Virus record (IMG/VR): IMGVR_UViG_2537561977_000030 | Coordinates: 1 to 24,811 of that record | DNA from: a virus | Taxonomy: Duplodnaviria > Heunggongvirae > Uroviricota > Caudoviricetes | DNA: 24,811 bases | Reading direction: 5' to 3' (one strand) | Shown here: piece after piece, positions 1 to 8,106 of the stretch | Layout of the letters: each line of letters opens with the position of its first letter | Position numbering within the stretch: position 1 is the first letter of the stretch | Notes under the pieces: generated by a model | What the model saw: only the letters and a program-made list of their open reading frames with translations | What the model was told of the DNA's origin: nothing | Database searches by the model: none | Translations under genes and position numbers: made by a program

Positions 1-581
1 TTACAACTCAGCTTGAGTTTGAAGTTCCTCTACAGGGTGATAACGATAAATCGTCGATATACCGATATCGTAAATAATTGCCAACTGTTTCCTGCTATAG
101 CCATTTTTGATCAGCCTTGCTATTTGTTCATGTTGCTCTTTTGTCAGTTTCGGACGACGTCCACCAATACGCCCCTGTGCACGTGCTGCTGCCAGTCCGG
201 CCAGTGTACGCTCTACAATTAATTCACGTTCCATTTCGGCTAAAGCCCCCATGACGTGAAAAAGAAACGCCCCATGGGTGTTGATGTGTCAATGCTGTCC
301 GTCAGACTACGGAAATTAACACCTTTTTCCCGCAATTCCTCAATAAGCGTGATCAGGTGTTTCATACTTCTGCCCAGTCTGTCCAGCTTCCAGACAACCA
401 GCGTATCTCCTTCTGATAGCGTTCTGAGCAGTTTTTTCAATCCCGGTCTGGCTGATTTCGTTCCGCTGATTTTATCTTCAAAAATCAGTTCACATCCTGC
501 GCAGTTCAGTGCATTGCGTTGTAAATCCGTGTTCTGGTCATTTGTTGACACACGAATATAGCCAATTTGCATAAAAAACAT
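1..581 (-). pseudogene. Serine DNA invertase (Hin/Gin/Pin/Cin family) split by a 1-nt frameshift
   Basis: ORF 240-581 gives an N-terminal resolvase catalytic domain (IGYIRVSTNDQNTDLQRNAL...VVWKLDRLGRSMKHL...SLTDSIDTSTPMGRFFF). ORF 1-252 in another frame gives the C-terminal part (MGALAEMERELIVERTLAGLAAARAQGRIGGRRPKLT...). Adding one A to the A5 run at 259-263 restores a continuous ...MGRFFFHVMGALAEMERE... reading, as in Gin/Pin. Confidence 0.85.
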
Positions 582-586
582 CCTCT

Positions 587-1663
587 TTGTTTCGTGAAAA
601 ATACATAGTTGGTATAGGTAGGGATAAAGACGAAAACGTTGGTTTACAGGAAACGGTAAACAAGGCTGATAACGCTGTCCAAAAGACAGGCGATACCTTG
701 TCCGGTGGACTTACTTTTGAAAACGACTCAATCCTTGCCTGGATTCGGAATACTGACTGCGCGAAGATTGGATTTAAAAATGATGCCGACAGCGACACTG
801 ATTCATACATGTGGTTTGAAACAGGCGACAACGGCAATGAATATTTCAAATGGAGACACCGCATCATTGGCACCCGGCCTAAAGACCTGATGAATCTTAA
901 ATGGAATGCTTTGTCTGTTCTTGTTGAAGCCCTTTTCAGCAGTGAAGTGAAAATATCGACAGTCAATGCACTGAGGATATTTAATTCATCTTTTGGTGCC
1001 ATTTTTCGTCGTTCTGAAGAATGCCTGCATATCATCCCTACACGAGAGAATGAGGGAGAAAATGGTAATATAGGGCCATTACGCCCCTTTACGCTTAATC
1101 TCAGAACTGGCCGGATAAGCATGGGGCATGGTCTTGATGTTACAGGGGATATATTTGCAAACCGTTTTGCAATTAACAGTAGTACCGGCATGTGGATTCA
1201 TATGCGTGACCAGAATGTTATTTTGGGACGTAATGCGGTATCCACTGATGGTGCTCAGGCTTTGCTCCGTCAGGACCATGCCGACCGCAAATTTATGATT
1301 GGCGGTCTGGGAAATAAGCAATTTGGCATCTACATGATTAATAACTCAAGGACAGCCAATGGCACCGATGGTCAGGCGTACATGGATAATAACGGGAACT
1401 GGCTTTGCGGCTCGCAAGTTATTCCCGGCAACTATGGCAATTTTGATTCCAGATATGTGAAAGATGTTCGACTTGGTTCACAGCAATATTATGGAGTGAA
1501 CAACTGGCAAACATGGAATTTTCAGTGCCCGTCAGGCTATGTACTGACGGGGATTAACGTACAGGATACCGGAAAAAACTCTGCCGATAATATTGCAGGC
1601 GTTCATTACAGGCCAGTGCAAAAGTATATAAATGGCACTTGGTATAATGTGGCGAGTATTTAA
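587..1663 (+). CDS. Alternative tail-fibre C-terminal cassette (S'v-like), silent in this orientation; the exchangeable part is about 640-1663
   Basis: Translation contains [36 protein letters not shown]... and ends [11 protein letters not shown], paralleling the C-terminus of the minus-strand fibre (INGTWYNAGSI). It starts at the crossover site and has no constant N-terminal part of its own. Confidence 0.7.
   Translation: MFREKYIVGIGRDKDENVGLQETVNKADNAVQKTGDTLSGGLTFENDSILAWIRNTDCAKIGFKNDADSDTDSYMWFETGDNGNEYFKWRHRIIGTRPKDLMNLKWNALSVLVEALFSSEVKISTVNALRIFNSSFGAIFRRSEECLHIIPTRENEGENGNIGPLRPFTLNLRTGRISMGHGLDVTGDIFANRFAINSSTGMWIHMRDQNVILGRNAVSTDGAQALLRQDHADRKFMIGGLGNKQFGIYMINNSRTANGTDGQAYMDNNGNWLCGSQVIPGNYGNFDSRYVKDVRLGSQQYYGVNNWQTWNFQCPSGYVLTGINVQDTGKNSADNIAGVHYRPVQKYINGTWYNVASI
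627..652. other. hix/gix-like 26-bp recombination site A (invertase crossover site)
   Basis: Plus strand AAGACGAAAACG TT GGTTTACAGGAA. Its reverse complement TTCCTGTAAACC AA CGTTTTCGTCTT shares a 14-bp arm plus core with site B at 3702-3727, in inverted orientation. Confidence 0.7.
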
Positions 1664-1664
1664 T

Positions 1665-2192
1665 ATGATGCACTTAAAGAACATAAAAGCAGGTAATGCT
1701 AAAACAGTGGAGCAGTATGAGTTAACAAAGAAGCACGGAGTCATCTGGCTTTACTCTGAGGACGGAAAAAACTGGTATGAGGAAGTGAAGAACTTTCAGC
1801 CAGACACAATAAAGATTGTTTACGATGCAAATAATATTATTGTCGCCATCACCAAAGATGCCTCCACGCTTAACCCTGAAGGTTATAGCGTCGTTGAGGT
1901 TTCTGATATTACAGCTAATCGTCGTGCTGATGATTCCGGTAAGTGGATGTTTAAGGACGGAGCTGTGGTTAAACGGATTTATACGGCTGACGAACAGCAA
2001 CAACAGGCCGAATCACAAAAGGCCGCATTGCTTTCCGAAGCTGAATCAGTCATCCAGCCGCTGGAACGCGCTGTCAGGCTGAATATGGCGACGGACGAGG
2101 AACGCACACGACTGGAAGCATGGGAACGCTACAGTGTTCTGGTCAGCCGTGTGGATACGGCAAAGCCAGAATGGCCACAAAAGCCTGAGTAA
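1665..2192 (+). CDS. Tail-fibre assembly protein, alternative copy (U'-like)
   Basis: The N-terminus [23 protein letters not shown]...[13 protein letters not shown]...NFQPDT parallels the minus-strand U-like protein. ATG lies 2 nt after the S'v stop. Confidence 0.8.
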   Translation: MMHLKNIKAGNAKTVEQYELTKKHGVIWLYSEDGKNWYEEVKNFQPDTIKIVYDANNIIVAITKDASTLNPEGYSVVEVSDITANRRADDSGKWMFKDGAVVKRIYTADEQQQQAESQKAALLSEAESVIQPLERAVRLNMATDEERTRLEAWERYSVLVSRVDTAKPEWPQKPE

Positions 2193-2197
2193 AAATT

Positions 2198-2217
2198 AAG
2201 GCCCGATATCGGGCCTT
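2198..2217. terminator. Bidirectional hairpin between convergent U' and U genes
   Basis: Perfect 20-bp palindrome AAGGCCCGATATCGGGCCTT, flanked by an A-run on one side and a T-rich stretch on the other, at the centre of the invertible segment. Confidence 0.5.
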
Positions 2218-2220
2218 GTT

Positions 2221-2754
2221 TCATTCTGGTTGTTCGGGAAACGTTACTGGCAGGCTGGAGGTGTCTGTGGATTCGACCTTCTGCGCATAGAGCATCCACT
2301 CGGTTAATTTTTGTTTATTCTCGTCGGAAATAATGCCCAGCCGTAGCTGTGAGTCCCACAGCTGGGTTTTATCCCTGACGAGCTGTAGCAGGCTTTGCTT
2401 TTCATTTTCCGCTTGTTGCCTCTGCTCTTCCCCGGTATAAGTTCGCTTTATCACTACGCCATCTTTGAACATCCATTTACCTGAAATATCAGCCCGGCGA
2501 TTTGCTGTAATATCAGGAACCTCAACGACGCTTGCGCCTTCCGGATTAATTGCTGAAACATCCTTTTCAATACAAATAATAACGCCGTTGTGGTCATAGA
2601 CCATTTTCAACGTATCAGGCTGAAAGTTCTTTTGTTCCTCATACCAGTTTTTCCCATCCTCTGTATAAAGCCATTTGATGTTAAATTGCTTTGTTAGCTG
2701 GTATTGCTCTTTTGTTTCAGGATTACCAGCAGAAATGTTTTTTAAGTGCATCAT
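2221..2754 (-). CDS. Tail-fibre assembly protein (Mu U / P2 G-like)
   Basis: 177-aa ORF MMHLKNISAGNPETKEQYQLTKQ...[13 protein letters not shown]...; start is 2 nt after the fibre stop. Confidence 0.85.
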   Translation of the reverse strand: MMHLKNISAGNPETKEQYQLTKQFNIKWLYTEDGKNWYEEQKNFQPDTLKMVYDHNGVIICIEKDVSAINPEGASVVEVPDITANRRADISGKWMFKDGVVIKRTYTGEEQRQQAENEKQSLLQLVRDKTQLWDSQLRLGIISDENKQKLTEWMLYAQKVESTDTSSLPVTFPEQPE

Positions 2755-2756
2755 CG

Positions 2757-4045
2757 TTAAATACTCCCCGCGTTATACCACGTCCCATTAATGCAATACT
2801 GAATTGGCCTTGCCTGTGTTGTATCAATTAATTCATCACGGTTTCCGTTAACTGAACCCGTAACGACATAACCTGACCTGTCAGACCATCCGGGACCATT
2901 CCATGTCTGAACAGATGACAGACCGCCCAGGCGAATACCTGTAATAAACCTTGAGTTACATTCTGCCTGCGTGTATGCACCAACATCTCCCGCTGATGGC
3001 TTACGTGTTGTGGTGTAGAATTCTGACCAGTCAGCCTCAAATCCATAACCATCACGCGCTGAACGATAAAAAATACCGCCGTTCTTATAATTCACACGGA
3101 ACTGTACGGCAGGGCAACTCCCCGTATTCATATTGAAGTGGAGTATTAATGCTGTTGCGCCTTTGATATCTGCATCATAAACACCGCTATTCCAGTTCCA
3201 GCCAACAGCTTTATCATTTGCAACCCTGCTTCCTGTTTGCCCTAAAGCAAATGCAGGCTGCTGGTTTTTCGTGTTGTAGTCTCGTCGCCAGCCAGGAGCG
3301 TAAGCATCACCATGATTAATATAGGTGAATTGAGCGTTAGTGATTCCGCCGCCGCTGGACGTGCCCGGCGTGGTAACGCGTATGGTCATTGCGCCACGAG
3401 TGCCAGTAACTTCCACAACAGCACCTGCAAGACAAATATTTCCGCAACCTGTATCTGTAATGACCTTATTATTTGCATAAGCCCATGAGCCTTTGCACAT
3501 CCAGTAAGGATGGTTAAATGCCCCCTGACTCTCCAGCCACGAAATAAATTGCGCAGTTGTCCAGACCTGACTATCGCCACCAATATCCACCCATGCGCTA
3601 TATGCGCGACAGGCACCAATATTTTTGGTGAAGGTATCTTTTCCTGGAATATCTGCGCCGTTCTGGTTTTTCTGTAATGCGCCAGAAGCCTGATTTATCG
3701 CTTCCTGTAAACCAAGGTTTTTGACAAACAGCGCAGGATCAGGAATATCTGCGCCGTTCTGGTCTTTAGCCAGCTTTTCCGCCAGCTTGTTCAGTACCGT
3801 AGTCGCAAAGTTTGGATCATTACCGAGAGCGTCAGCCAGCTCTTTAAGCGTATCCAGTGTCTCAGGGGCGCTGCCTGCAAGTGCCGCAAGTGCTTTGGCC
3901 ACAAACTCCGTTGTCGCCAGCTTTTTGCTGTTATCGCCATTTGCAGGTGTAGGTGCTGTTGGTGTGCCGGTGAATGCCGGACTGGCTTTCTGTGCGTACC
4001 GGGTATGCGGGTCTGCTGCCGCGATGTGTTTCGCAAGGTCAGCCC
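2757..4045 (-). pseudogene. Tail-fibre gene, C-terminal portion (constant part to 3716, variable Sv part 3715-2757), severed from its start by the IS
   Basis: Translation has tail-fibre hallmarks (GADLAKHIAAADPHTRYAQKASPAFTGTPTAPTPANGDNSKKLATTEFV...NLGLQE...INGTWYNAGSI). The ORF in the track (2757-4169) takes its first 41 codons from inside the IS. Confidence 0.8.
3702..3727. other. hix/gix-like 26-bp recombination site B inside the tail-fibre ORF
   Basis: TTCCTGTAAACC AA GGTTTTTGACAA closely resembles hixL (TTCTTGAAAACCAAGGTTTTTGATAA) and encodes N-L-G-L-Q-E on the minus strand. Confidence 0.75.
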
Positions 4046-5339
4046 CTGAGGAATCCCCAGAAAACAAGACAGGCATAGTGAGATGTGATCTAATTGATTG
4101 TGCTAACAATTTCAAGGAGATCACCACTATGCCTGCACGTTCATTATGCCAAAATTTCCTTAACAACATACTGGCCCCTTTGCATCTTTACCGTCAAAAA
4201 TCACTGATTGACGCAACTAATGCTGTAATAAATGGCGCTTCCCTCACACTTACCAGTATCGGGCGTCATTTAACCGGTACGGCATCAGTTAAAAACAAAA
4301 TAAAGCGGGTGGATCGACTGTTGGGGAATCGACATTTGCAAAATGAGGTTTCCACCATTTTTCAGCGAATTACCCAAAAGATTACGCGGGGAATGTCTCG
4401 TGTTGTGATACTCATTGACTGGAGTGCTTATCATGCCTCTCGTTTTCAGCTTTTGCGGGCAAGCCTGGCATGTGACGGGCGTTCTTTACCGTTGATGAGT
4501 TGTGTCGTTCCATCATCACAGACAGCGAATGCAGATGTACATGAGCGTTTTCTGGAATCGCTTGCTGAGTGCTTTTCCCCCGGGACTGATGTCATTGTTA
4601 TTACAGATGCCGGTTTTCAGGGGCGATGGTTCCAACAGCTCCGCTCCCGTGGCTGGACCTATATTTGCCGGGTACTGGGCAATCATTATTACAATGTTGG
4701 TAATGGCTGGGAAAAGGTGTCGGACTCAGGCACAAAAGCATCAACGACAGCAATTTATTTAGGTGAAGGCCTGCTGGGTCGAGATAAAAATGCACAACAT
4801 GAAGGGCATTTTTATCTTTATAAAAGTAAGCCTAAAGGTCGTAGATTTAAACGCTCGAAGGAAAGAGCAACCAGACCATCGGTGACGGCTAAAGCTCGTA
4901 CTGCCGGGAAATCACCATGGTTTATTTTCACAAACAGTACTGAGTTCTCGCCAAAACAGGTAATGAAATTATACAGCCGTAGAATGCAAATTGAGCAAAA
5001 TTTCAGGGATGAAAAAAATCCTCGCTGGGGATTTGGACTACGGTTTGGTGCCAGTCATTCATCCGGGCGGGTCACGGTATTGAGTCTGATCGCAACATTA
5101 GCCAGTATCATTATGTGGTTAAGCGGTTTCAGCCTGGAAAACAAAGGGATACATCATAAATATCAGGCAAATACAGTGAAGCACAGGCGAGTCATCTCGT
5201 TATTAAAACTGGCGGAGAATGTGATTCGACATTCTCCACTCATACTAAACACACTGTCACTTGACGCAGGGCTGAAAGTTCTACAGCAACGGTATACCAA
5301 TATGATAATGGTTTACTAAATTTTCTGGGGATCCCTCAG
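4046..5339 (+). mobile_element. IS4-family (IS10-group) insertion sequence, about 1.29 kb
   Basis: 19-bp terminal inverted repeats CTGAGGAATCCCCAGAAAA (4046-4064) and, reverse-complemented, CTGAGGGATCCCCAGAAAA (5321-5339). Flanked by direct repeat AGGTCAGCCC (4036-4045 and 5340-5349). One transposase ORF. Confidence 0.85.
4129..5319 (+). CDS. IS10-like DDE transposase (396 aa)
   Basis: ATG at 4129 preceded by AAGGAGA. Translation aligns with remembered IS10 transposase blocks (KRVDRLLGNRHL..., IVITDAGF..., YSRRMQIEQNFRDEK...). The upstream part of track ORF 3721-5319 is a read-in artefact. Confidence 0.85.
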   Translation: MPARSLCQNFLNNILAPLHLYRQKSLIDATNAVINGASLTLTSIGRHLTGTASVKNKIKRVDRLLGNRHLQNEVSTIFQRITQKITRGMSRVVILIDWSAYHASRFQLLRASLACDGRSLPLMSCVVPSSQTANADVHERFLESLAECFSPGTDVIVITDAGFQGRWFQQLRSRGWTYICRVLGNHYYNVGNGWEKVSDSGTKASTTAIYLGEGLLGRDKNAQHEGHFYLYKSKPKGRRFKRSKERATRPSVTAKARTAGKSPWFIFTNSTEFSPKQVMKLYSRRMQIEQNFRDEKNPRWGFGLRFGASHSSGRVTVLSLIATLASIIMWLSGFSLENKGIHHKYQANTVKHRRVISLLKLAENVIRHSPLILNTLSLDAGLKVLQQRYTNMIMVY

Positions 5340-5506
5340 AGGTCAGCCCCGCCTTTTTCAACCTGTTGCTTCAGGTACAGCGTGCGGCTGGCCAGTTGTT
5401 TACCCTGACGGTTAGAAATTCCGTCAGGTCCGCCCAGAACGGGGTCAGAGACCTCAATCTGGTAGATGCCGTTTTCCCACTGCGGGGTTTCGGGTAGATT
5501 TGCCAT
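5340..5506 (-). pseudogene. Tail-fibre gene, N-terminal fragment (about 55 codons) separated by the IS
   Basis: ATG at 5506 follows the gpI-like stop by 2 nt and reads MANLPETPQWENGIYQIEVSDPVLGGPDGISNRQGKQLASRTLYLKQQVEKGGAD. Removing 4046-5349 rejoins it in frame with 2757-4045. Confidence 0.75.
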
Positions 5507-5508
5507 AA

Positions 5509-6087
5509 TTAACTGCTCCCGTGGTTGTAACTACCGTTATAACGGGTAGTACTGTTGTAGCGAATGGCGACAGACTGATATTCCAGACTTGCCAGATGAC
5601 AGCGAGCCGGAGCAAAGGCAGCAAGCGTCTGACGTAACAGCGCCGCCTGATCATTAGTGATGGGCTGTTGAAGGATGACCCGATAGACAGCCCAGGCTTG
5701 TGCATCGCCGTGGACGAAAAGTCCGTTGTAACTGTGTTTACCGTCGTAGCCGATCTGCCCTGTCCCTTCAATCAGCTCCACTTCGCCGAAGCCAAAACGG
5801 CGGATAATTTCCCGGATTGACCACGGTGTTCCTTTATAGCGGTGTAGCTCGATAGCGGATTTGATAAGCATGCGGCGTACATCGTCAGATTCCGCCAGTT
5901 CCCAGCCATCGCCGAACAGCGAGAACTGCTCGCCCAGCCATGGCAGCGCGGAACTGTCGACGATATCGACGAGACAGACCATCAGTACGCTCAGGTCGAT
6001 GTTATCCAGCCGTCCGGCCAGTCTTCCCAGCGTTCTGAGACTGATATCACCCTCAAGCGGTGGCGGGAGTTGTAGCGCCTCAGCCAT
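5509..6087 (-). CDS. Baseplate/tail protein (P2 gpI / Mu gp48-like)
   Basis: 192-aa ORF immediately upstream of the fibre gene and overlapping the J-like gene end; position and size match. Confidence 0.7.
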   Translation of the reverse strand: MAEALQLPPPLEGDISLRTLGRLAGRLDNIDLSVLMVCLVDIVDSSALPWLGEQFSLFGDGWELAESDDVRRMLIKSAIELHRYKGTPWSIREIIRRFGFGEVELIEGTGQIGYDGKHSYNGLFVHGDAQAWAVYRVILQQPITNDQAALLRQTLAAFAPARCHLASLEYQSVAIRYNSTTRYNGSYNHGSS

Positions 6088-7183
6088 CGGACACCCCTGT
6101 CATGTTAAGAGTGATCGCCGTACAGTTTGCCCATTCGTTTTCTGCAACCACCCGCAGTGCCGGTGTCACCAGTTCAACCTGGTACACCCCGGAAACGGAC
6201 AATGCACTGATAATCTGGCTGGGGACAATATCGCGCCCCAGCGTGGCGGCACGTGATGCCACCCAGTTCTGTATGGCGCTGTTAGCGTTGTCCTTTACCG
6301 ACCTTGCATCCTGATCACGATAGATCGTAATCCTGGCTTCAATGGTGTAATCCACCTGAACAGGTGTTTTAGCCCGCACGGTATCAGTGAGTGGTCTGAC
6401 TTTTTCGTCAGAACAGAAACTCTCTACCAGAGTGAGGATACCGCTGTCCGGCAGACCAGTGCTGAGCAGCGGATACAGCTCGACAGTGCCGGGAGCGGGA
6501 GAAAGAACAGCGACGTCAACAATGCTGGGATGCGCCCCCATAGCATGAAAACGGTATGCACCACGGCTTCCGGCATTGGTGAATGACTCCGGGGCCAGCC
6601 TGATACGCTCCCGGAGCCGGTCATTGTCTTCCTGCTCTGAACCGCCAGAGCTGGCCGTCAGATTGGTCACCAGCAGGTCAACGTTATCAATCTCATCAAG
6701 CAACTGACTGACCTGCGCAGGTTGCCAGCCGTTGCCAGAGGTACCCGGTTCGGTACAGGTGGCCGGGGCATTGACCAGCAGCAATCCGGCCTTCAGCACC
6801 ACATCTGTATCGGTGGCAAAAATAATACTGTCGGAAGCGCTGACGCGGGTGCCTGCCGGGATCAGCACATCAATGGCCAGTGCCTCATCCACAGAGAACT
6901 GAAGTGTGGTGGTGGCAGGCTGCGCGGCAAGGCGGTATACACCAACCAGTTCTCCGAGGTAATCAATCATTGGCTCCCGGGAAAAGGCGACCAGATTCAG
7001 CTTCGCCGCCTCCTGTACCGCCACCCTGACCAGCATTTCGCGATAGGCCCACAGGTCTATCAGCAGACGTTCTGCCTGTGCCGGATACAACGTTTTGCCG
7101 GTATCCGCTTCATACTTCGCAATCATTTCTGCCGTGATTTTATCGGCATCGCGTTCAATAAAATCGGGTTCTGTCAGCGCCAT
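6080..7183 (-). CDS. Baseplate assembly protein J (P2 gpJ / Mu gp47-like)
   Basis: 367-aa ORF; position between W-like and I-like genes; J-family-like sequence. Confidence 0.75.
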   Translation of the reverse strand: MALTEPDFIERDADKITAEMIAKYEADTGKTLYPAQAERLLIDLWAYREMLVRVAVQEAAKLNLVAFSREPMIDYLGELVGVYRLAAQPATTTLQFSVDEALAIDVLIPAGTRVSASDSIIFATDTDVVLKAGLLLVNAPATCTEPGTSGNGWQPAQVSQLLDEIDNVDLLVTNLTASSGGSEQEDNDRLRERIRLAPESFTNAGSRGAYRFHAMGAHPSIVDVAVLSPAPGTVELYPLLSTGLPDSGILTLVESFCSDEKVRPLTDTVRAKTPVQVDYTIEARITIYRDQDARSVKDNANSAIQNWVASRAATLGRDIVPSQIISALSVSGVYQVELVTPALRVVAENEWANCTAITLNMTGVSDG

Positions 7184-7521
7184 AGCAGTTCCTGAGTACG
7201 GGGTTGTCCGTCTGAGCCTTTCCAGCTCACCCGGAGCGTAAGATGTTCGCCGTCGACGGCGGGTTTAACCGACATAAGCTGGCAGCGGGGTTCCCAGCGC
7301 CTGATGGCATCGACGGATTCGCGAACCACATGCGTAATGGCCCGGTCGACAGGCCAGTCGATATAAAGGTGCAGATTACTGCCGAACTCCGGGCGATGCG
7401 GGTCGCTGCCGCGGGGAGTCCGCAGGATGATCTGAATGGACTGCCGGATATCATCCAGCCCCCGGACGATTTCGCCGGGAGCCTGCAGAGCCGGTTGCCA
7501 GAATACTGAGGTCGTTTTCAT
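7174..7521 (-). CDS. Baseplate wedge protein W (GPW/gp25 family)
   Basis: 115 aa, with the ILRTPRGS...WEPR pattern typical of P2 gpW-like proteins. Confidence 0.75.
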   Translation of the reverse strand: MKTTSVFWQPALQAPGEIVRGLDDIRQSIQIILRTPRGSDPHRPEFGSNLHLYIDWPVDRAITHVVRESVDAIRRWEPRCQLMSVKPAVDGEHLTLRVSWKGSDGQPRTQELLWR

Positions 7522-7553
7522 GGGGGGCAGTATTGCCCCCGGAAGGGAACGCC

Positions 7554-7574
7554 GATATTAAAGGCGTTTAAGAA
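7554..7574 (-). promoter_or_regulatory. Conserved 21-bp motif, copy A (candidate activator-dependent late promoter)
   Basis: GATATTAAAGGCGTTTAAGAA on the plus strand is 19/21 identical to 13346-13366. On the minus strand it reads TTCTTAAACGCCTTTAATATC, containing a TAATAT -10-like hexamer with no good -35. Confidence 0.4.
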
Positions 7575-7577
7575 ATC

Positions 7578-8090
7578 TCAGTGCGAGTGATGATTAGAGT
7601 TCTGACCATCAGACAGCATACTACCTGTCGAGTGGGCATTACCGTTAATTTCAAGGTCGCCATTCACCGTGGTGGTGTCAGCAGTCAAATCAATGGTTTT
7701 CCCCTTCAGGCTGATACCCACTGCAACCTCGATCACCACATGCTCAATACCTCCTTTGACCGTCAGCGTATGGGTCGCGCGGTTATAACTGAACTCCGCG
7801 CCATCCGCGTATTTCGTGCCCCGGACGTTTTTATCACTGAACGGCGGTTTATCGACGTCTGAGTACACCGCGCCCAGAATGACACCATCCTCGCCGTTGG
7901 CATCGAGCAGCACCTCAACCTGCTCCCCCACGTCAGGGAGCCAGTAATCCTTGTTATCCTGGGTATTGCGCTGCAGCACGTTAAGCCAGTTTGTGCGCAG
8001 GTTATCGCATTCAGGCAGACGAACGCGGGCCTGAACCCTGTCGGCATCAACGGCACTGACCGTACCGACCTGACGGGTGACACCTGTCAT
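7578..8090 (-). CDS. Baseplate spike/assembly protein V (P2 gpV / Mu gp45-like)
   Basis: 170-aa ORF with V-family-like sequence; position between D-like and W-like genes. Confidence 0.7.
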   Translation of the reverse strand: MTGVTRQVGTVSAVDADRVQARVRLPECDNLRTNWLNVLQRNTQDNKDYWLPDVGEQVEVLLDANGEDGVILGAVYSDVDKPPFSDKNVRGTKYADGAEFSYNRATHTLTVKGGIEHVVIEVAVGISLKGKTIDLTADTTTVNGDLEINGNAHSTGSMLSDGQNSNHHSH

Positions 8091-8106
8091 TTTTTCTTCT
8101 CCTTAA

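Noticed and set aside
3721-4128. Long N-terminal extension of the transposase ORF in the track (532 aa)
   Set aside because: It crosses the IS boundary and runs antisense through the tail-fibre gene. The real start is the ATG at 4129 with an AAGGAGA ribosome-binding site; the extension is just an open frame in GC-rich sequence.
2757-4169. Diversity-generating retroelement acting on the tail-fibre tip
   Set aside because: No reverse transcriptase gene and no template/variable repeat pair; the variability mechanism here is site-specific inversion.
5454-5771. 105-aa minus-strand ORF overlapping the gpI-like gene
   Set aside because: Alternative frame inside a confident structural gene.
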